A stretch of DNA of 32,000 bases from Candidatus Kuenenia stuttgartensis (lineage in GTDB: Bacteria; Planctomycetota; Brocadiia; Brocadiales; Brocadiaceae), in the NCBI RefSeq assembly GCF_900232105.1, contig NZ_LT934425.1, positions 3,450,001 through 3,482,000 of the forward strand, written 5' to 3'. How positions within the stretch are numbered: position 1 is the stretch's first letter; the number at the start of each line of letters is the position of its first letter. The notes beneath the pieces are model-generated. The model had not been told where the DNA came from. It saw nothing but the letters and a program-made list of their open reading frames with translations, and made no database searches. The position numbers and the translations under genes are program-made. Of this stretch, positions 18,417 to 27,323 are shown one piece after another.

Positions 18417-19660
18417 ATGTTTGACACCAAACTATTGTTACCGGTCTTTTGGTGATCCCCTGTTCCTTCCACTTCGTATTCTCTTTCTCGGTATTCCCTG
18501 TCCGCTCCTTTCTTTCCCCATTTTGTTTGTATTGCGTATTGAATACTACGGCTAATAAACTCCTGTGTTATTAATGGACAGTCTATATTTGCACCTGCGA
18601 GAAAGGCCCTTGTATTTGCAGAATCAAAACAAGCTTCTCCAAACATGTATGGCTGAAACGCCTTGTTTCTTCTGAAAAAACTCTTTTCCAATGCATTTGG
18701 TGCGGAGGCACTAAATTCATGTTGCGGGACGACTCTTACGCGGTAAATACCGGTGGCAACTTTTAACCATTCCGCAATCTCTTCTATCGTGGGGGGCGTA
18801 GGGTTGACAATATGAAATATTTTGCCTGCGGCCTCCTCTTGTTTGGAGATATGAAAAATAGCATTTGTCGCATAGTCTATCGGGATAAGATTTATCGTGC
18901 TGTGTTTATCTCCGGGTATTCTCAATGAAACAGGGCGTACCTCATGCCTTCCCTGAATAAGGCTGTCGTTTCCTGATTTCCTTCGTGTTTCATAATCATT
19001 AAGACAAACAAGCTCCCTGCAAAATGCATAAATATTATCGTAGTTTTTTGTGTACCCTGTTATTGAATCGCCGGCAATAATACTGGGACGGTAAACGGTT
19101 AACGGAATACCCTGTTGTTTTGCTAATGAGGAGATGCGTCTTTCCGCCTCATATTTTGATTGTTCATAGTTATTATTGAATTTCTGCCCCTTCTCAAGCT
19201 CATGTTCAAAGACGATTCCTCTTCTGTTTCCCGCTACATATGCAGTACTCACATAATGAAAACGCTTGACTTTCTTCCGTGCGCAGAATCCGGCGACGTG
19301 CAACGAACCATATATATTAGTTTGAGTAAGAATATCGTTCGCATCATTTTCAAATTTTGTGGCGGCAGCGCAGTGCACCACCATATCAACAGTGCCTGCC
19401 AGCCGTAAATAATCTGCTTCAGATAATCCCAGATTTTCCGTTGAAATATCTCCTTCAAGTAGTTCAATACGATCGGAAAATGCATTTCTTTCCTCTGTCG
19501 TTTTATCCGGGAAGATTTTATCCATCTTCTCCTTTAACGGCAATCCCCGTAGATTTCTTGCAATAATCCTGAGACGATATCCTTCCTCCAGATATTTACT
19601 TGCAAGGCAACCGCCAAGGAATCCGGTTGCTCCCGTAATAAGCAGTGTTTTCATTCTCAT
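18413..19660 (-). CDS. NAD(P)-binding SDR of the fatty-acyl-CoA/thioester reductase type
   Basis: TLLITGATGFLGGCLASKYLEEG, VVHCAAATKFENDAND, HYVSTAYVAGN, YEQSKYEAE, VYRPSIIAGDSITGYTKNYDNIY. The track start at 19687 is a TTG; ATG at 19660 or 19654 more likely. Overlaps SCP2 by 4 nt. Confidence 0.85.
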   Translation of the reverse strand: MRMKTLLITGATGFLGGCLASKYLEEGYRLRIIARNLRGLPLKEKMDKIFPDKTTEERNAFSDRIELLEGDISTENLGLSEADYLRLAGTVDMVVHCAAATKFENDANDILTQTNIYGSLHVAGFCARKKVKRFHYVSTAYVAGNRRGIVFEHELEKGQKFNNNYEQSKYEAERRISSLAKQQGIPLTVYRPSIIAGDSITGYTKNYDNIYAFCRELVCLNDYETRRKSGNDSLIQGRHEVRPVSLRIPGDKHSTINLIPIDYATNAIFHISKQEEAAGKIFHIVNPTPPTIEEIAEWLKVATGIYRVRVVPQHEFSASAPNALEKSFFRRNKAFQPYMFGEACFDSANTRAFLAGANIDCPLITQEFISRSIQYAIQTKWGKKGADREYREREYEVEGTGDHQKTGNNSLVSNI

Positions 19661-19891
19661 CGTCTTTACTAACGGTATTATTTTCAAATGAATAAAAAAA
19701 TATATATGCCGCTAACATGAGCAATGATAGTGCCATGTATTGTGTAAAGTTGCTATAGAGTTGTATGGCAATAATACATCGATACTTATGGGAAATGGTT
19801 TTTATTTTTGGAGAAAACGGAGGTTTTTAGAGGGCTAAAATGTGTAACAATTACATGTGCTGTTTGTAATTATTACAATCGTTTTGACAAG

Positions 19892-21406
19892 TTAGTTTTT
19901 TTGGGAAATTTCAAATAATGAAAATCCTTCAAACGTAACGATGTGCGAAAATTGTTTGTCTGACAGGGGATTATTTTTACCTTTTTTTACTATAAGAATG
20001 GTTTCTGGATTAACGAGTGATGACTGAAGGTCAAAATAGATATCCGGCACTTCCCTTACGTTCCTCGCATCCCAGTGTGGTAGATAATAATCGAAGAACC
20101 TTTTTTTCCCATCAAAGCAATAAATTCTGACAGAGGTATTTTTGAAATGTGTTTTAATATACTGAATGAGTTGTGTTGACGCCGGAACACTGCGACGATG
20201 TTGGATAATTGCAGTGAGAGAGAGTGAAGAGGTTGCAATAATAAGCGTTATAACAAGGATCAGGAAAAGTCTTTTCCCCCAAACTTCGCATATTTTCCCT
20301 AATCCAAACGCAATAAACATTAGGATTAATGGGAGCAGCGGTAGAAAATGGCGTGTGTTTGCAACGTTTTGCCCAAAGATTATCCAAATCGTGTAGGGAA
20401 CTGCATACATTATGCAGAAAAACCGTTTGCCGTCTGCCGGAAAAAACCGAAAGGCGAATAATATGGAAAGCACTGCAATAGCGAACTGAATGACGCTGAG
20501 ATAATAAAGAGTATGCCGCCAGTCGCCTAACTCTAATTCCAAAAAAGGCCGGACAATACACAGCACCCTTTCCCATCCGCCAAAGGTGAGTACAGAGCCG
20601 CCCCAATCCGTAAAATGTCCATGTGTAAAGGAAAAAGCGTGGTAAAAAAAAGGGGTTATCCCCGTGTAATTTATTTGAGGAATAAACCACAGGCATATAC
20701 CAGCAAAAAGTCCAGTGATGCCAAAAAAGATACTATTCATTTCAAGATGTATTCGGTGAAAGGCGTAGTACAGCAAAGTTCCCATCCATAAAAGAACAAA
20801 GGGAAAATACGAAAGCCTGACCCCAAGGCCAATACCTAAAAACAAGCTGCCAAAGAAAAGACAGTATCCGCCATATAAATGCGCATTCTTTTTCACACGC
20901 CAAAAAAGATGGTATGAAACGGAAGCATTTTTCCCATAATTCAGCGTACATGCCCCGTAACGTGCGGCATCAAAGGCAGAAAAAAGGAATTTTATGGACA
21001 ATAGTATAAAAAACGTACCGGTAGTGTCGGAAGCCGGTCTTTCTGACTGCATCCAGCATAAAGGATTTATTGTGTAAAGGATGGCTGTCAGGATAGCCGT
21101 TTTTTCAGCAAACATACTGCGGGTGAGAAAGGAGAGAGGAAATATCGTGAGGCTTCCAAAAAATACGCCCGGCAACGTCAGTGCTGCAACATCGCTGTGA
21201 AATATTTTTAAAAACAAATACGATATGAAAATATATACAGGATAGCCCGGGAAGTGCGGTTGATGAAGGGAAATATCATAATCATGAAGCCCCATGGCAA
21301 AGTTAATACTGTCTTCATTTTCCAGGTATTTGTCCACAAAGAAAAATCGCAGGAAAAGGCAGAGAAAAAAAAGGACTGTTATTTTAATATTAAAAGAAAA
21401 TTTCAT
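19892..21406 (-). CDS. Polytopic membrane glycosyltransferase (GT39/ArnT-like family)
   Basis: EDSINFAMGLHDYDISLHQPHFPGYPVYIFISYLFLK..., LTRSMFAEKTAILTAILYTINPLCWMQSERPASDTTGTFFI, multiple hydrophobic helices. ATG at 21406 preferred to GTG at 21448. Confidence 0.75.
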   Translation of the reverse strand: MKFSFNIKITVLFFLCLFLRFFFVDKYLENEDSINFAMGLHDYDISLHQPHFPGYPVYIFISYLFLKIFHSDVAALTLPGVFFGSLTIFPLSFLTRSMFAEKTAILTAILYTINPLCWMQSERPASDTTGTFFILLSIKFLFSAFDAARYGACTLNYGKNASVSYHLFWRVKKNAHLYGGYCLFFGSLFLGIGLGVRLSYFPFVLLWMGTLLYYAFHRIHLEMNSIFFGITGLFAGICLWFIPQINYTGITPFFYHAFSFTHGHFTDWGGSVLTFGGWERVLCIVRPFLELELGDWRHTLYYLSVIQFAIAVLSILFAFRFFPADGKRFFCIMYAVPYTIWIIFGQNVANTRHFLPLLPLILMFIAFGLGKICEVWGKRLFLILVITLIIATSSLSLTAIIQHRRSVPASTQLIQYIKTHFKNTSVRIYCFDGKKRFFDYYLPHWDARNVREVPDIYFDLQSSLVNPETILIVKKGKNNPLSDKQFSHIVTFEGFSLFEISQKN

Positions 21407-21910
21407 AAAACGTGTAGTGGAAAACAGGGGGTATCCCTTATGGTTCACTCTCTTTCTTTTGCTCTTGTGCAGGATTCATGTATCAATTTAATCGAGAAAA
21501 ATAATGTACAAGAGCAGGCAATGATTATCTCTTTGGATATCAAGGAAATAAAAAAAGTATGGAAACTTGCGCAAAGAATATTGTTGATTTTCACTGCATC
21601 AAGATGTAACTAAGATAAGATATGGGTTTCTGTTCAGTCCCTCATGGCTTTACCGGCGGTTTCCTTCGAAAACACTTTTTCTCTACATATTTCGCATATG
21701 AGCACAGACAAGAATCTCCAGGCGGGGTCAGGTTACCAGCCTGAACCCGTCTGGAGATTGAACCTGATAGTCCGAACCGGATCTGAGGTGTAACCTGTCT
21801 CTCCGTTAACAATGTCAAACGTTTGGGTTCGGTCGGGGACGATTTAATCAATAGAAACCGGGTGACCCTATTGTTCTTTTATCTTTGTCGTAATAATAAT
21901 AAGTAAAACA

Positions 21911-23668
21911 ATGACTTTAAAGAAAACAGTTTTATATTTTGATAGAATAAAAAAATTCATCAAGGTTGATCTCTGGGTTGAGGTGAGAGAGACCTCTGCT
22001 ATCCTGTGGATTTTGCGCCGGGTGGTAAAATTTTGTGCCCTCGTAGTAAGCGAATTCACTGAAGGCCGATGTCTGTTAAAGGCATCAGCGCTAACCTTCA
22101 TTTCAATTGTATCACTTATTCCACTCATGGCTTTTGTTTTATCTGTTTCAAAAGGACTTGGTGCTGAAAAAGTGCTGGATCAAAAAATCAACACCAATAT
22201 TTTTAATCTACCAGGCGGTGAGATGGTTTCTGCCTTTATCAGTTTTAAGCAGGGGCTTTTTCAACAGATTGACAAGCTTGATTTTTCAGAACCTGCTGCC
22301 CGTGAAGAGATTCTCAGCGCTATCGAGGCCTTTGAAGGGTTCATTCTTCCCCCTGGAGGAGAAATACTTTCTACAAAACCCTATACATCAGGGGATTCCT
22401 CTAACGACAACACTCATGATGCATCTTATGAGCAAATATCGGCAGCCGCAAAAGAAGAAGAAGCGAAAACAGCCATTAAAAAATACAAAGAGGAACTTAC
22501 ATATATCATGGCATCTGTAGATTTTAGCAGTGAAGAAGCAAAAAATGAACTGAAAGAACGTATCGAATCTTCTGTCCTTTCCATGCCTTCAAACATCAGC
22601 TTAAATGCTTTCCTGTATAAAAAACAAATTATGCACTTTGTCGACAGAACAAGTTTTAGTTACCTTGGTGCAATCGGGCTCACATTTCTCCTCTTTTTTG
22701 TAATCAACACGATAGGTAATATTGAGACCTCCTTTAATGATATTTGGAAGATTAAAAAATCCCGTTCGGTTTTCAGAAAGTTTACCGACTACACCAGCAT
22801 AATGTTTGTCTTTCCCATTCTTATTCTGACATCGACAACAATTACGGCTGTTTTAACGAATGAAAAACTCGTCACCCTCTTAAATAAAATAGGGATCGGC
22901 AAGATTTATTTGAGTACGTTGGGGTTGTTTTTGCCTATTGTTGCGCTGTGGATGGCATTTATTTCCGTTTATATTTTTCTGCCAAACACCAGGGTGAGGG
23001 TCATTCCGGGGATAATCGGCGGGATTATAGGCGGAACGCTTTTTTATATACTCCAGGTCTTTTATTTTAAAAGCCAGATAGGACTTGCACGATATAACCT
23101 GATTTATGGCGCATTCGCAGCAGTCCCTTTCTTTCTGTTGTGGTTGCAGATGAGCTGGAACGTTGTTCTTTTTGGAGCAGTGATTTCATATGTTATCCAA
23201 AACATACGGTTTATTAAGCTGAAAAGTCAAGCCATTGATATAAACTATGCATCAAGGGAACTTTTGGGACTTTTTATTATGGAACGGATATCCTCACAGT
23301 TTTTATACGGAAAGGGCGAACGATGGTCAACGGAGGGGTTATCCGGAGCGCTGAGCATTCCCATTGAAACCGTTCAAGAGATTATCTCCGAACTTTCCAA
23401 GGCATCCCTGATTGTAGAAATCCCCACAGAAAAATATTTATACTACATGCCTGGGAAGGACTTAGATGCAATCCACTTGGATGAAATACTATTTGCGATG
23501 AGAAATTTTGGTGAAAAATACATGCCTGTTTCTCTGTCACCTTTGGACCAAAAAATGGTAAAACTTCTTGACGACCTCCAGGATGCTATAAAGCATCGTA
23601 TGAGATTTACCATGAAAGATATTATTCAGGATGCGGGGGCGCAGAACATGGTCACATGTAATCAGTAA
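21911..23668 (+). CDS. YihY/virulence factor BrkB family membrane protein with inserted loop and C-terminal winged-helix-like extension
   Basis: CLLKASALTFISIVSLIPLMAFVLSVSKG, LFFVINTIGNIETSFNDIWKIKKSRSVFRKFTDY, LYILQVFYFKSQIGLARYNLIYGAFAAVPFFLLWLQMSWNVVLFGAVISY. Confidence 0.9.
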   Translation: MTLKKTVLYFDRIKKFIKVDLWVEVRETSAILWILRRVVKFCALVVSEFTEGRCLLKASALTFISIVSLIPLMAFVLSVSKGLGAEKVLDQKINTNIFNLPGGEMVSAFISFKQGLFQQIDKLDFSEPAAREEILSAIEAFEGFILPPGGEILSTKPYTSGDSSNDNTHDASYEQISAAAKEEEAKTAIKKYKEELTYIMASVDFSSEEAKNELKERIESSVLSMPSNISLNAFLYKKQIMHFVDRTSFSYLGAIGLTFLLFFVINTIGNIETSFNDIWKIKKSRSVFRKFTDYTSIMFVFPILILTSTTITAVLTNEKLVTLLNKIGIGKIYLSTLGLFLPIVALWMAFISVYIFLPNTRVRVIPGIIGGIIGGTLFYILQVFYFKSQIGLARYNLIYGAFAAVPFFLLWLQMSWNVVLFGAVISYVIQNIRFIKLKSQAIDINYASRELLGLFIMERISSQFLYGKGERWSTEGLSGALSIPIETVQEIISELSKASLIVEIPTEKYLYYMPGKDLDAIHLDEILFAMRNFGEKYMPVSLSPLDQKMVKLLDDLQDAIKHRMRFTMKDIIQDAGAQNMVTCNQ

Positions 23669-23762
23669 GTTTATTATGGAACATGGGATTATGCCGGAAT
23701 AATGAACCAGAATAATGAAATTGTAAAAATATTTATGTTTAGGAATTTTAATATTTTTGTAG

Positions 23763-23840
23763 AGACGCATTGCATGCGTCTGGAAACTGCTGCGCGTAAA
23801 GAATATGTTGACACAGCGGAAAGACGCATGCAATGCGTCT
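23763..23840. repeat. 78-bp palindromic-arm repeat, copy 2
   Basis: AGACGCATTGCATGCGTCT - GGAAACTGCTGCGCGTAAAGAATATGTTGACACAGCGGAA - AGACGCATGCAATGCGTCT; homologous to 7903-7980. Confidence 0.9.
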
Positions 23841-24084
23841 ATACATTGACAGCCACCAGACAGATAGTAAATCACGATTTGGCTTCTGTGAACCAGATAT
23901 CCTGACGGATTGCAAAAAATCGTTGGTATTGCATTTTAATACCTTTGCAGCTTTGAGTGAGGTTGCAAAAGTAGTCGTTGATGCCTTAAGGGAAGTTTTC
24001 GGTTAATTGATACAAATGAGGAGAACTTATAGCGTTGCACAATGTAACACAAAGTGTTATTGCGTATTAAAAGGAGGTGCGGAA

Positions 24085-24324
24085 ATGGGCACTACATTAA
24101 CAATAAGAATAGACGAAAAGACAAAGCAAAGGCTTGAATGTCTTGCTGCGGCTATGGCAAGATCAAAGTCCTATCTTGTGTCCACGGCAATCAATGAATT
24201 TATTGAGGCTAACGAATGGCAGATACGGGAGATTAAAAAAGCAGTTACGAAGGCTGACCAGCCCGATGGGGGAGCATTCCCGATTTTTTGTAAAAATGCC
24301 ATTAGCGGGGAGGGGAAGGAATAG
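24085..24324 (+). CDS. Ribbon-helix-helix (CopG/ParD-like) antitoxin, probably 3'-truncated
   Basis: Strong SD AAAAGGAGGTGCGGAA before ATG 24085; MGTTLTIRIDEKTKQRLECLAAAMARSKSYLVSTAINEFIEANEWQIREIKKAVTKADQ. The tail GGAFPIFCKNAISGEGKE is encoded by the dispersed GGAGCATTCCCGATTTTTTGTA motif. Confidence 0.75.
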   Translation: MGTTLTIRIDEKTKQRLECLAAAMARSKSYLVSTAINEFIEANEWQIREIKKAVTKADQPDGGAFPIFCKNAISGEGKE

Positions 24325-24363
24325 TAACACAAGCTTCCAGTTTGAGGGTAAAATGCCACAAGT

Positions 24364-24471
24364 AGTCATCATGTTTCATTTGCAACACCCAGAAACGATG
24401 AAAATGGTTTTATAACCATATCATATTGCGGTACCTGTGCTTGAGCTATTTTTTGTAGTTTTACTTTCGAG
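24364..24471 (+). repeat. About 108-bp direct repeat, copy 1
   Basis: AGTCATCATGTTTCATTTGCAACACCCAGAAACGATGAAAATGGTTTTATAACCATATC...TTTCGAG; homologous to 24886-24994. Confidence 0.9.
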
Positions 24472-24615
24472 TCGGAAACATCTGGCATTTCTGTTTCTGT
24501 ACCGGTTCAAATGTATAGGGCCATCCAAAAGGTATCAGCTTGTAATTTACAAGGTCTCTGCTTGTCATTGCAGCTAATCTTACACAATTCAGGCACCGTA
24601 GTGTACGCATGACAG

Positions 24616-24827
24616 CTTGTCATTGCGAGGGTCTTTTCCGAAGCAATCAATATACTACGAGATATTTCGTGACATAAGAGACGCCATATCGCGGGAGAAA
24701 GAAACAAATTAAGGGTGGCTCAAGGGCTAAAAAAATAGAATTAATTAATGGAATGAATGCAGGATGGAAGGATCTCTATTACGGTTTATGAGGTTGCTTC
24801 GGAAAAGACCCTCGCAATGACAAGCTG
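24616..24827. mobile_element. MITE-like segment with 34-bp perfect inverted repeats
   Basis: CAGCTTGTCATTGCGAGGGTCTTTTCCGAAGCAA (24616-24649) versus TTGCTTCGGAAAAGACCCTCGCAATGACAAGCTG (24794-24827); partial extra copy AAAAAGACCCTCGCAATGACA just downstream. Confidence 0.8.
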
Positions 24828-24885
24828 AAAAAAAGACCCTCGCAATGACAAAACGGATACCCGCGTAATGGCAAAATGAGTCATC

Positions 24886-24994
24886 AGTCATCATGTTTCA
24901 TTTGCAACACCCAGAAACGATGAAAAATGGTTTTATAACCATATCGTGTTGTAGTATCTGTACTTAAACTATTTTTTGTAGTCTTATTTTCGAG
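24886..24994 (+). repeat. About 108-bp direct repeat, copy 2
   Basis: Matches 24364-24471 with 1-nt indel and scattered substitutions. Confidence 0.9.
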
Positions 24995-25407
24995 CCAGGA
25001 TGCTTGTGTTACAATGTACAATTAGTTAACCAAAAATCTGGAATGCGCCCTGTTGTTCAAACTATGTCCCCCGCTGGCGGGGGTGCAGGGGGTGGACTGG
25101 ATTTCTCCATCGATTCAACTACCCCTTTATTATGAAAACAAATTTGACCCTCTTTCCCACGCTCCGCAGACTGGTCAAATGGACAATTTTATCCTGTTTC
25201 GTGACATGCATTCCCGCAGAACGTAGGAATGAGAAGAAAAATTTATGGCTATTCATGTTATAAACCTCCCAGATTTCCTCCGCAGACAATTCCACCCCCT
25301 TAATCCCCCGCCAGCGGGGGACAGGCTTGCCACATCCCTTGCAGCGTTGTTTTGCCCCAATCACACAAACGGTTACAAAAAATCGGGAATGCTCCTGTTG
25401 GGTTTCA

Positions 25408-25551
25408 CTTACGTATGTTAGATTAGCTAAATCGAGGGGTTTTCGCAATCACGAACTGGCCGAGATTGAAAGAATTTTGGTAGAATATCAAAATTACGTT
25501 TTAGAAATGTGGCGAAAGGAGGAGAAGAAACGTGGCAACCACGAAAGTTAA
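25408..25551 (+). pseudogene. DUF4160-like protein, C-terminal remnant
   Basis: VRLAKSRGFRNHELAEIERILVEYQNYVLEMWRKEEKKRGNHES* matches the C-terminal pattern of DUF4160 as I recall it; the expected N-terminus is absent and replaced by the TACAAAAAATCGGGAATGCTCC motif. Confidence 0.5.
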
Positions 25552-25645
25552 AATTAAGACACACGAAAATCATATCTCTGTCATTCCTATTGTCATTCCA
25601 AACCTCGATGAAGTCAGAAAATTTGCGGCTAAGTTGCACGCTTAA
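25532..25645 (+). CDS. Short overlapping ORF after the DUF4160-like remnant, unknown function
   Basis: GTG start inside the remnant's 3' end, SD AAAGGAGGAGAAG upstream; VATTKVKIKTHENHISVIPIVIPNLDEVRKFAAKLHA*. Confidence 0.35.
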   Translation: MATTKVKIKTHENHISVIPIVIPNLDEVRKFAAKLHA

Positions 25646-25876
25646 GGAATGCCCTGGAAGGGAGAGTTGTTTGGTTGGCAAGCGGAGTATAATCCTGAAC
25701 GGTCAGAGGTGCCGCTTGATTCGAAGATGACTTTCACACCTGCAGATTTCTGGATTGGTGAAAGTGGCATTTGGTTCTTCTCGCTCATATGGGAACATGG
25801 CAAACACGCTGAACCAGAAGAGTTTTTAGATGATAGAAACATTTTTTTGTAAGGTTGTGTTCGAAAACCTTATTTG

Positions 25877-26199
25877 TTGTAACACTTTAGTTTTTTGAAA
25901 AACCATCAAAGTAAAATCATGCTGCTCAGCAGTCATTCTGCATTCCTGCCCTTCAATTCCACCCACTACACCCCCGCCAGCTGGGGACAGTTTGAGCAAT
26001 CGCTCTCGTTCTCAAACTCCGGCTTGGGAACGAGAGCTTTTAATTTTTCAAAAGACTAAATTGATACAAAAATTCTAATAATAACGATGTTTACCGCACG
26101 GTGTAGGGGCGAAGCATTTGCATGTTTGAGCATGAACGCATGTATGCCGGTTATTGCAAATGCTTCACCCTTATGGTTTCAAAAAACTAAAGTGTTACC
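25877..26199. mobile_element. Composite TGTAACACTTTAG-TIR element
   Basis: Left end TGTAACACTTTAGTTTTTTGAAAAACC (25877); inner right-type end TTTTTCAAAAGACTAAATTGATACA (ends about 26068) after GTTCTCAAACTCCGGCTTGGGAACGAG; outer right end TTTCAAAAAACTAAAGTGTTACC (ends 26199) after GGGGCGAAGCATTTGC...GCAAATGCTTCACCC. Confidence 0.65.
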
Positions 26200-26238
26200 A
26201 ATTTATACAAACCTTGAAATACAAAATTAAAAATTGAA

Positions 26239-26631
26239 TTACGATTTTTCCTGTCTATCAACCGAGCCTCTGTTTCTTATTTCTATCTCTGCTTCGAGAA
26301 GTATCTTATAGTGGTCGATTACTGGTGCAGGAAGCTTCTCTAACAGGCTGATTATCGTGTCGTAGATACGCCTTCTTTTGCCGTATGGTATGGTTTGCTC
26401 AGCCACGATAGCCGGTTCTTCTATTGTCTTTTCTGCAAAGAGTCCGGATATCTGAATTCCGAGGGCATTTACAATCTTTTCTAAAGACCTCTCACTATAT
26501 CCCCTCTTTCCGTTCTCTAAAAAATTTATATAACCCTGGGTTAAGCCACTTCTTAAAGCCAGTTCTTCCTGTGTAATTCCAAGCCTTTCCCTGATCATCC
26601 GCACATTGCTTCCCACAATATTTTTCCTCAT
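26239..26631 (-). CDS. XRE-family HTH transcriptional regulator
   Basis: ATG at 26631; NVRMIRERLGITQEELALRSGLTQGYINFLENGKRGYSERSLEKIVNALGI, typical Cro/C1 HTH. Confidence 0.88.
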   Translation of the reverse strand: MRKNIVGSNVRMIRERLGITQEELALRSGLTQGYINFLENGKRGYSERSLEKIVNALGIQISGLFAEKTIEEPAIVAEQTIPYGKRRRIYDTIISLLEKLPAPVIDHYKILLEAEIEIRNRGSVDRQEKS

Positions 26632-26736
26632 GAGGAATTTATAACAAGGTGTTATAAAATGGTCAAATACCCCAAGTAATATACTTCTTGACATATATAA
26701 CTTTTAGTCATATATTACCTATCAAATTTTATCAGC

Positions 26737-26922
26737 ATGCAAGTGACGTCACTTGACTCAACCGGAGCAATTAATCCTGCAACACTTGAAGGAGGCTGCA
26801 GGTGCGGAGTTAGTGGATGTGAAACGTATCTCCGGCAACCGATCGGGAATGCCTTTCTGCGTGCGACGCACATGCAGGCAAAGAACACCAGGGGTACAAA
26901 GAAAAACTTAAAAAAAAGGTAA
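26737..26922 (+). CDS. Small ORF, uncertain; its stop codon lies in the left end of the adjacent TIR element
   Basis: 61-aa ORF containing CRCGVSGC and a basic C-terminus KKNLKKR*. The TAA is within GGTAACACTTTAG. Confidence 0.3.
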   Translation: MQVTSLDSTGAINPATLEGGCRCGVSGCETYLRQPIGNAFLRATHMQAKNTRGTKKNLKKR

Positions 26923-27195
26923 CACTTTAGTTTTTTGAAAAATGTATTACCTATAAGCTCCGTAGGAGCAGCCTGTTTGTAGCAAAATAGAATCTTATAA
27001 CAGATATTAGCTCCGCTAGAAGCGACCTGTCTCTTGTAAATCCATATTAAACAGGTCTGCCTGAATACGTACAGGCCGCTCCTACGGAGCTATTTACTCT
27101 ATTGAATTTTATTGTGCTACAAACAGACCGCCCCTAACGGGGCTACATGGTATTTTTTCTATCCCGTGAATTTTTCATAAAGCTAAAATGTTACA
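26919..27195. mobile_element. TGTAACACTTTAG-TIR element with CTCCKAYGGAGC-type cargo
   Basis: Left GGTAACACTTTAGTTTTTTGAAAAAT; right CATAAAGCTAAAATGTTACA. Cargo AGCTCCGTAGGAGCAGCCTGTTTGTAGC...ACAGGCCGCTCCTACGGAGCT. Confidence 0.65.
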
Positions 27196-27323
27196 AAAAA
27201 AGAAGTTTTTACATGGTAAACATTCTCTTGAGCCGGAGGTTCACAAAAGGATATGAAAAATGTCCGTTTTTTAGACATTTGACTGTGTTTTCTTGCCAAT
27301 ACTATAGAAGGAGGAAAAAAGAA

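Noticed and set aside
20154-20696. 180-aa + strand ORF, longest antisense ORF
   Set aside because: Antisense within the membrane glycosyltransferase whose transmembrane pattern is coherent; no motif in the + translation.
21650-21860. Possible tRNA or structured RNA in the gap before the YihY gene
   Set aside because: Contains AACCTG/CAGGTT style short inverted repeats seen also at about 17720-17745, but no tRNA-like cloverleaf or T-loop GGTTCRAATCC was found.
25119-25448. 109-aa - strand ORF
   Set aside because: Crosses the repeat junctions (EHSRFFVTVCV) and has no domain; composite of dispersed repeats.
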